Positions 56,301 to 64,000 of a DNA stretch of 64,000 nt are shown piece after piece (positions within the stretch are counted from its first letter, which is position 1; each line of letters opens with the position of its first letter). A model generated the notes under the pieces. The model made no database searches and was not told the DNA's origin. It was given only the letters and a program-made list of their open reading frames with translations. The position numbers were made by a program, and so were the translations under genes. The DNA is from Azolla caroliniana. Taxonomy: Eukaryota; Plantae; Polypodiophyta. The stretch covers positions 124,001-188,000 of the forward strand of contig JBHGNT010000007.1 in the NCBI GenBank assembly GCA_043228905.1. Direction: 5' to 3'.

Positions 56301-59300
56301 CTTGTTTGTTCTTCTCTTCACTAGCTTTCCTCTTTTGATATTCACTAATGTCGTGGCCTGGTTTACAACAATAATTGCACCTTTTCTTCTTCTCATCATG
56401 GGAAGTCGTGGCATTATTGCCATTAGAAGAAAGGTTATTTTGTTTTCTTCCTTGTTGGCCTTTGAACTTGGAAGAGATAAAAAAGCTTGATTGCCACTAT
56501 TAAGAGCATCCCGATTTGCTCAAGATTGAGATTCCTATAAGAGAAGGGTGTTTAGCTCATCAAAACTAAAGCTCTCTTTACCTCTTGTAATAAGACTTAT
56601 TGTCGTGGCAAAGCAACAAGAACTTTAGAAACGAATTGCTTGTCTGAAATCACTTCATCAATGTTAAGTAGTTGTTCCTTGAGGTCTTCTTGCATCCTTG
56701 TCTCGTCAAGTTTCCGCTTGAGCATAGCAACTCTTGCTTCATTCCTTTGATCATATAGGTTCTTTAACACATCCCAAGCACTTTTAGAGGTGATGCAAGA
56801 TCAGATATGTGGAACAATGTGACGTTTGACTGATAATGCAATGGGAGCATGGGCTTGACCATCCGTATCATCCCAATTAAGTTGTGAAGAAGTGGATTGT
56901 TGATGAGTGGAGCTTGAAGCATTATTTGCATTAGTTGTTCCTAAAGGGGAGGGAGAGTTTGGAGAACTTCTTGAAGTTGGACGTTCATTCGATAAGATGA
57001 CAATGTCCCATAGCTGCTTTGCAACCAATACATGTCTCATCATTTATGCCCACATATGATAGTACCATCCAACTTACCTTCAACATTAAGCATGCCAAAA
57101 ATATTAGTTTGCTCAGCCATTGCAAAAAAATTTACAGCAAGAAATATGGATGAGATATTGCAATACTTGGTGGTTATGTCCACCAAAATGTACTAAAGCA
57201 GTATAATATTGAAGAATAGTATAAGCAATGGGCTGAAAAAAATAGACAAGAGTTACTGTGTAGTGTTGAAAACTTGTTTTGCTGTGGTAAAAACTGCTGC
57301 AGTTGCTGTGCAGTTAGGGTTTGAGACTGTTGCAAAACTTGTTTCGACTGTATCTCCAGAACCAAAAATCCGATTTGGGCATTCAGCTAGTTAAAAGAAT
57401 CAGCTCAAAATGTAAATTTTGAAAAATGTGAAAATAGAGAAATTCACCTCTGCTGTGTTTTCTATTATTTGAACTTTTCATTGCTGTTGATGGAGAGGTT
57501 CGATGTTTTCTTAGAAGGTAAGAGATAAAGAGGATGATCTTTGTATGTATATTAGGAAGAATAGGATAGAGAAAGTAACCTAAACCTGACCTGATACCAT
57601 TTGTATAAAATGCAGAGATCTTAGACTAATACTGACACAGCTAGTTCACTTAGAAAACTTTAAGGAAAAATCAGTAGATTAGGAAAAACGAGCTTATGAT
57701 TACTACAGGTAGCTGGAGATCGATTGGTTACTTAACTAGGTTCACAGTATTTTAACTATGTTCACACCAAATTGGATTTTTGGTTTTGGTATTAGGAAGA
57801 ATAGGATAGAGAAAGTAACCTAAACCTGACCTATAGGATAGAGAAAGTAACCTAAACCTGACCTGATACCATTTGTATAAAATGTAGAGATCTTAGACTA
57901 ATGCTGACACAGCTACTTCACTTAGAAGACTTTAAGGAAAAATCAGTAGATTAGGAAAAACGAGCTTATGATTACTACAGGTAGCTGGAGATCGATTGGT
58001 TACTTAACTAGGTTCACAATATTTTAACTATGTTCACACCAAATCTTTCATAGGATACACATTAAGTGTAACAAAAATATAGGACAAATTGGTAGTGGCA
58101 GGCAGCAAGATAAACCTGGAATACATGGACCTAATGCTGCAAATCAAGCTTATGGAAAATTGTAAAATGGAACTCTTCTTTCTGAAGCAAATGCGTTTAG
58201 GTGAATGTGCAGCACCAGAAGTAATCTGCCTAGAGTCAGCTGCCTGCGTTCCCATACATAGACACCCTATTTCCACATTCATAGCCAATTTTCCTCAGGC
58301 TAGATTTTATAACATAAAAATCCACGATTATAGCTGGAAATGACAGTTTAAAGGTTTTCCTGGATCTTCAGAAAGGAAACGATATTCCTATGAATGATGA
58401 AACGGGGGAGCTGACTATACCATATCCATACAGTATGCTGGCATATAATCTTTTATTGTTGTGACATGGAAGACTCTTAGGATGGTGTGATTCTGAGGAA
58501 TCTTTACACCTGTCAGTCAATTCAAATAAATTTGGCTTCCTTGATTTCTTATCAATATGTTTTTGTTACAATCTGCTAATTGTGTTTTCTCATCGTGGAC
58601 TGCCAAATGATGTGAATGGAGGAATTGGCTAGTGTTGGATAAAAGTAATTTGCAGGAACTATGTGAAACTTATGATATATGAATTTCTGAGAATGGATTG
58701 GATGGGTAATTCGGATGTTAGTGGCTAGTTGCATCCTTTCCTGAATCGTGTATAGATGATTGTAATCGTGTATATCCAAACATATGACAATATGAGATTA
58801 TTCATAGATGATTGTAATCGTGTATATCTCTAATAAACTGAATTCTTGTGATGCAGAAAGTAAAGACACGTGTAATTAATAGCAACCTGAATCCAATCTG
58901 GGATGAAGAGCTTACTCTTTTGATATCATGTCCTCCTCCACCTCTTAAAGTGGTATGAACTCACTCTTTTTATACATGTTCTTCTGGTAGAGTATCTGTA
59001 TTAAAAAGTGTTTCATGTAGCAGTTAGTTTCTAAAGAATGTTAACTCTGGATGTCCTCATTGTCATGCAATAAGTTAGGCTTTGATTTCGGGTTCATAGT
59101 TTCATCCAGATTTTCAAAACTAGTAGAAGACATCACATTTTCACCTTCACGTTTTCTTAATACTATTAAAATATCAGACACTAGATTCTGATAAAGCCAT
59201 CACCGATTACTGTCAGGTGAACGCTGGTATAGCACATGCTTATACCATGCACATCCTGCATCAATATTGTCGCACCCTTAAAAACTGTCCATGCCTATCC

Positions 59301-62300
59301 ATGTACCATTGTCTTCAACAAAAGCCACACTAGTATTATCACCAAGAACATCATCAGCGAGGATCGCATGAATCCATACCAACTGCAATGTGCAATTTAC
59401 AGTAGGAAATATTGTAGATTATTAAACGTTTAGTATAAGAAAGTATTTTCCAGTCCATTGACAGTCACTACAGGTTTTAAGGAAAACTCTGAAATATCCC
59501 CAAGTTTTTCTGTGTTTCCCTAAATGCCCTTGGTCAGATCCCCCTTGAGCAACTGTACGTGCTGTTTGAGCAATTAGAGTTAATTCATTCCCTTATTCTC
59601 TTTTTGGGGGTTGACCAGGGTCATTTGGGAAATAATGAGAACTATGGAAAATTTGGAGAAAAGAAATATTCAGGGGTATTTCAAAGTTTCATCCTAGTTT
59701 TTTTCTACCAAAGATCTCTTTATTTTGTAGGCTATGCATTTGAGAATGAGAATATATGATAGATGGACATGATCAGTTATATAAATAAAATGCATTGATA
59801 GTGGAATGCAATCATACATGAAATAAAAATTGTTGTAATAGGTATGAATCTTTTCAGATCTATGGTTTTCGTCGGTGTCATTTAAGATCATCTTAATAAT
59901 GTTAATTAATATTTGAAATGGCAATAATGTTTGTTGCTGCTGTTGAATGCAGGAAGTATTTGACAAGGACTTGTTTTCTGCGGATGACACAATGGGGGAA
60001 GCTGAGATAGACCTGCAGCCTCTAGTCTCAGCTGCAAGGATACATGAAGGGATGAAAAATAGAGGACGTTTACAGATAGGGAAATGGCTTGCAACAAATG
60101 ATAATGCACTTATAGCAGATAGTATTATCTGGCTGAAAGATGATGGAAAAGTGATGCAAGAACTCTGCTTACAGCTTCAAAATGTTGAAAGTGGCATCTT
60201 GCAATTAGAGCTTGAGTGGAGTCCACTAAATGAGTATGAAGAACAAGAGTCTTTCAACCTCAATATGCGCACAATCTCATCAGCTTCAAAACGGTCAGAT
60301 CAGTCTTTCAAGAGCACCTCATCCAGAAAATCCAATTCCTTTTCTTCCAAAGAGGTCTGTAATTCAGGCCTTTCTGAGTCTAAGATGCGCATCACCAAGA
60401 GTTTGGATTCAAAAAGAATAATTTTTTTGGGAGGAAACAGTTATACAGTATTAAAGTCGAATGATTTGCATTGAAGCTATTGCACATTTATGAAAGATAT
60501 ATAATTACTTGCTGGCCCGTTGCGTGGTGAAATGTGTGAGAATCATGTTATGTTACATCTGCTACAAATGAATGAATCAATGGAGGATGCATTGACTTGA
60601 TGTTTCTGTCTTGGCAGGAGGGCATGGTGGAATTTCAAGGGCTTCTCAAAGTTCTTGTTATTGAAGGCACCAATTTAGCTATTCGTGATATGAGGACTAG
60701 TGATCCATATGTTACCGCAACTATTGGGAACCAGGTGAGAGGCTTTCAAATTTATGTTAACTATGAATGTCAGGGAATAGTTTTTCGATTTTACGTTAGC
60801 TATGAATGACGACATTAGCGATGATTCATATGTATCTAATCCAGAGGTTAGATTGAAATTCCATTTAGCATAAGACTACATTAAAAAAAGAGAAGGGAAG
60901 CTAAAATGGCCTAAGGATAAAAGAATGTTTAGATTTTTTTGATATGAATTACACAACAGCAATGGATTTATTTTTCATATACTCCAACTAGATAAATAAA
61001 GCATATAACTGTCATGTTTTCTGCCTATACGCTTAAGACCTAATAATATATTTAGATGAGGATCATATAGTGATTCTAACTGGCCTGCGTTAATGTGGTG
61101 AGAATGATTATTTTTGTGCATGGCAATGCAGAATCAATATGAATATGATGGAATTTGCTGCCTATAAGCTTAAGACCTAATAATATATTTAGATGAGGAT
61201 CACCGACTGTGATTCTGACTTGCCTGCGTTAATGTGTTGAGAATGATTATTTCTGTGCATGGAAATCCAGAATCAATATGAATATGATGGGATTTGCTGA
61301 GTTTCCTGAGTTGTTGCAATTATTGTATGTTGTAAACTGCCATCTGCATGTTTCTAATTATCGTAAATTCTGTGGTGCAGACAGTGAAGACCCGTGTGAT
61401 TAATAATGACTTGAATCCAGTCTGGAATGAAGAGCTAATGCTTTCGGTGCCATTTTCTTCTCATCTTCTTAGATTGGTAAGACGTCTTTCTATATCTTGT
61501 GTACTACTGAAGTGCAATATTAAAATGTTTTTCGGGTCTCGTTTGAGTTTATCAATTGCGCTGGCATGTCACAGTTCTTGCAATGTGATCAAATGCCCTC
61601 GTTGCAGTAAGTGCGCATTATGATGTACACTGTATTAGGAGAATATAACTTTTAAAAACCAAGGTTACTATCTTATTTATTCACATGATATGATGATGCA
61701 TCAATTTTGGGATAAGTGAAGTATTTAATGACCAACCCAAAGCCACATGTTTCTACTAATTAGACATTTAAATCTACAAAAACAAATTTCCATGCATCTG
61801 AAGTTGATTATTGAATCTTCCATATTTACACCAATATCATCAATAAAACTAACATTCAAAAGCTACTGTTATGCGGCAATAGGCTGCCAGAAATTGCATG
61901 CCTTGAAATCTTGAATCTCTAATCCTTTGGGAGGCATGGTGTGCAGCTTCTTCAAGATTAGTGCGTGGATAAAATAGGTTGGGAAAAGAAATAAAATAAA
62001 GTCAATCAGTAAGCCGAGAAATTTTCTAGTATTGACTAGATGATCAAGGTATACTCTTGGATATCAATGACATGAGGATTATTGTATAGTCATGCTATGC
62101 GTGAAACAATTATTAATAATTTATGCAACTTGATAATTGCATGTCTTGAATAATATATTGTTTTTGAATTGTCCTTCAGTTGTCTGCAAATAGAATAACC
62201 AGTGTTATAGTTCGGATGTCAATCCCATTCTGGAGTCTGTATGTTCATAATTCTCAAGGAACATGTTTTATAGATAATAATATATGGTTGGAGAGTTTTT

Positions 62301-62627
62301 CTTTTCCAGTGTCATGATGTTTGGGGTATGTTAAAACTACAGGAAGTATTTGACAAGGACATGATTTCAGCTGACGATTCGATGGGGGATGCTGAGGTAG
62401 ATTTTGGGCCTCTAATTGCAGCTGCACATAAACATGAACGGAGAAGAAATCGAGGAGGTTTACAGATGGGAAAAGTGATTGCAAAAGATGATAATGCCCT
62501 TGTAGAAGACAGCATTATTTCACTTACAGAAGACGGGAAAGCTATACAAGAGCTTTTATTAAAACTCCAAAATGTGGAAAGCGGCATCTTGAAGCTACAG
62601 CTTGAATGGATTCCTCTAAATCAGTGA
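44330..62627 (+). CDS. ArfGAP plus two C2 domains (AGD11/12/13-ZAC-like, with duplicated C2)
   Basis: Exons 44330-44363 (tentative first exon), 45455-45539, 46202-46277, 46861-47024, 49966-50080, 50260-50367, 58857-58952, 59953-60354, 60618-60734, 61381-61476 and 62343-62627. ArfGAP motif CADC...[36 protein letters not shown]. Two C2 modules: GTNL.IRDM..SDPYV, KTRVIN..LNP.W.EEL and VFDKD..SADD.MG.AE...LQNVESG. Confidence 0.9.
49151..49430. repeat. About 110-bp direct repeat (about 171-bp period) in an intron
   Basis: gtgat(t)gcaaatatggatgactttaggcgatccatacagaaaaaa...cacataaactgtgtt occurs twice. Confidence 0.85.
50849..52507 (+). CDS. PLE reverse transcriptase (uninterrupted ORF; the true start is probably lost)
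   Basis: Motifs RLKHFF...[94 protein letters not shown] and [17 protein letters not shown], then stop. These motifs are characteristic of PLE RTs. Confidence 0.92.
   Translation: MYLISLAFPLYILGALFTSLWRLKHFFRKSNSPPSNPFKLPNPNWNPPTKYPPLESILHKHNISLSTNLHDNILPNIKIPLHLQLAITSLKNNNKITILPADKNIGVCVLDKKTYLDKALEHLSDITTYKKVDSLPLEELLSRLQDIVNCNRNILSLIEIEFILHKPPKGYSIPNMYFLPKVHKSPVSYRPICSYNGSLFEQTSKWLHHQLLPILLVQKQYLRDSHSLVQTLEQLITPPNSFIFSFDVESLYPSIPPKLGLSALKNLIAPHFSNQKTNLIYTLSALTLEYHFLKFNNQIYQQVKGTAMGSNFSVVYACLFLSYLENSNPSPHLFYFTRYIDDAFGVWTGTKIQLLEYLNFYSNSTQNSIKLTIHTSYTKLPFLDLWIRLDNNRFTFNCFQKTLNTYQYIPYSSNHPLHVKNSFVSNELKRYMVRESTALGYLNMQKKFFTRLRARGYPTHFILNNFRKHPYSLRHTLLFKEKTKKTTPPTIFKLRYTRHTPTLIIKKILTNLHYDIQLDPQLQHIPKPIICWTKSKNLHSLLVKTKNILEPL
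52598..52805 (+). repeat. Two short tandem duplications (about 62 bp and about 39 bp) in the PLE 3' region
   Basis: ccccaatatttcccttatatctcactaaaaactatattc(t/c)atctccccctccc occurs twice, and tttttccatttctcatcccctcttcctctcactacc occurs twice. Confidence 0.9.
53141..53150 (+). promoter_or_regulatory. TATA box of the PLE pseudo-LTR
   Basis: ctatataaac lies about 20-30 nt upstream of the hammerhead. Confidence 0.5.
53169..53227 (+). ncRNA. Minimal type I hammerhead ribozyme
   Basis: Core CUGAUGA at 53180-53186. Stem II GCUCU/AGAGC with a 7-nt loop. GAAA at 53204-53207. Palindromic short stem III (AAACUAGUUU). NUH site GUU, with predicted cleavage after 53213. Stem I GCA/UGC plus distal GACCUU/AAGGUC. 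Confidence 0.85.
53259..53307. repeat. (TC)n microsatellite at the PLE 3' end
   Basis: Perfect TC run. Confidence 0.97.
53346..53499 (+). repeat. Interstitial degenerate plant telomere repeat array (CCCTAAA strand on +)
   Basis: AAACCCT units alternate with AATCCCG-type variants. The array is flanked by the direct repeat tattacattatcta (53330-53343, 53504-53517). Confidence 0.9.
53850..54290 (-). mobile_element. LINE (non-LTR retrotransposon) ORF2 C-terminal fragment
   Basis: [49 protein letters not shown] is the typical C-terminal CxxC...HxxxxC finger. A frameshifted continuation follows ([21 protein letters not shown]). The 3'UTR may extend toward 53520 or the (GA)n tract. Confidence 0.8.
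54294..58073 (-). mobile_element. Internally deleted, degenerate Ty1/Copia element (3.8 kb)
   Basis: LTRs at 57874-58073 and 54294-54485. TSD AAAAT at 54289-54293 and 58074-58078. PBS tggtatcagg on - at 57862-57871. PPT is adjacent to 54486. Fragments [33 protein letters not shown] and [12 protein letters not shown]. The RT core is missing. Confidence 0.92.
61021..61299. repeat. About 137-bp tandem duplication in an intron
   Basis: gcttaagacctaataatatatttagatgaggatca...cagaatcaatatgaatatgatgg(a/g)atttgctg occurs twice. Confidence 0.9.
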
Positions 62628-62803
62628 CGTGTTAAATAGTATGTAGCTTGGATGTACAAGAGATTCATGCTTTTGTTTTTTGTATGATTGATTGTTTTCA
62701 TTTATATATCAGTTTTTTTTTGTCAATGCTAATGCTTTCCAATAAGACTCTAGTCATAATTATTATATACGTCCAACAAATGGGCTGATCTACTCCCTAA
62801 AGA

Positions 62804-62834
<31 letters not shown>

Positions 62835-63029
62835 CCTCGGAACCATCTCAAGTTTGTTGGATTCTTTTCTTTTCTTTTGATATTTGTAATAGTATAGAGA
62901 CATGGTGGAGAGGACAAAACGTCAAGATTATGTATACAATGAACCAATTTGTTCAACATTAAACCATAAACTATGTAATATTTGGAATAATTTCTGTGCT
63001 CTCTAGGACCAAGTTGCGATATGACAACA

Positions 63030-63913
63030 CTTAATATTGAGGCATATGTCAATGACATCCTTACTAGTTGGAATTTACATGTGGTGACTACCCAGCCACC
63101 TAAGTGGCTTCATTTGCATCACTGTCTTGTAACAATGTGGTTGCCTAGTTCCAAAAAATGGGTGCCCTCTAGCATGCCATGTATCATTGATATTTGCCTC
63201 CATGTGCTTGATATTGAGGCACATGTCGATGACATCCTTACTAGTTGGAATTTACATGTGGTGACTGCCCAGCCACCTAAGTGGCGTCATTTGCGTCACT
63301 ATCTTGTAACAATGTGGTTGTCTAGTTCCAATAAATGGTGCCCTCTAGCATGCTATATATGATTGATATTCACCTCCATGTGCTTGATATTGAGGCACAT
63401 GTCGATGAAATCCTTACTAGTTGGAATTTACATGTGGTGACTACCCAGCCACCTAAGTGGATTCATTTGCATCACTATCTTGTAACAATGTGGTTGCCTA
63501 GTTCCAATACATGGGTGCCTTCTAGCATGCTATGTATGATTGATATTCACCTCCATGTGCTTGATATTGAGGCACATGTCGATGACATCCTTACTAGTTG
63601 GAATTTACATGTGGTGACTACCCAACCACCTAAGTGGCTTTATTTGCATCGCTATCTTGTAACAATGTGGTTGCTTAGTTCCAATAAATGGGTGCCCTCT
63701 AGCATGCTATATATGATTGATATTCACCTCCATGTGCTTGATATTGAGGCACGTGTCGATGACATCCTTACTAGTTGGAATTGACATGTGGTGACTACCC
63801 ATCCACCAAAGTGGCTTCATTTGCTTCGTTGTCTTGTAACAATGTGGTTGCCAAGTTCCAAAAAATGGGTGCCCTCTAGCATGCTATGTATGATTGATAT
63901 TCACCTCCATGTG
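63030..63913. repeat. Tandem array of five 176-177-bp units (satellite-like)
   Basis: The unit anchor atattgaggc occurs at 63034, 63211, 63387, 63564 and 63741, with high identity between units. Confidence 0.95.
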
Positions 63914-64000
63914 TTTGGTCTTTGTGTAAAAGATGGGGCATGTGAGAGATGTAGGAGACATCCCATCATTGTGTATGACCTCAACAAAGTGAGCAAACCA

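Noticed and set aside
63021-63784. Repetitive ORFs (113 and 149 aa), or a CRISPR-like array
   Set aside because: These are by-products of a 177-bp tandem repeat. One unit is 176 bp (a frameshift), there are no unique spacers, and the context is eukaryotic.

Overview
Eukaryotic plant genomic DNA with spliceosomal genes. The intron style, AG/TC microsatellites and TE repertoire suggest a fern or other seed-free vascular plant; this is inference only. Intact genes reconstructed exon by exon: a jagunal-like ER protein (+), casein kinase II alpha (-), GCD1/mitoribosomal mS45-like (-), EMC4 (+), and an ArfGAP-C2 gene with an unusual second C2 domain (+). Pseudogenes: a phi-class GST and a PTB-type (algal/bryophyte-style PiT/PHO4 family) Na+/Pi transporter. 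Mobile DNA: two full-length nested Ty1/Copia elements (17.8-29.1 kb) with all LTRs, PBS, PPT and TSDs resolved, two further degenerate Copia elements, a LINE 3' fragment, two TIR elements and a 177-bp tandem repeat. The most striking feature lies in the 8.5-kb intron of the ArfGAP gene: a Penelope-like retroelement with an uninterrupted RT ORF and no C-terminal GIY-YIG endonuclease. It is followed by a G-poor 3' region, a TATA box, a minimal type I hammerhead ribozyme, a (TC)n tract and a degenerate C-strand plant telomere repeat array with its own flanking direct repeat. Family assignments come from recalled motifs, not database searches.
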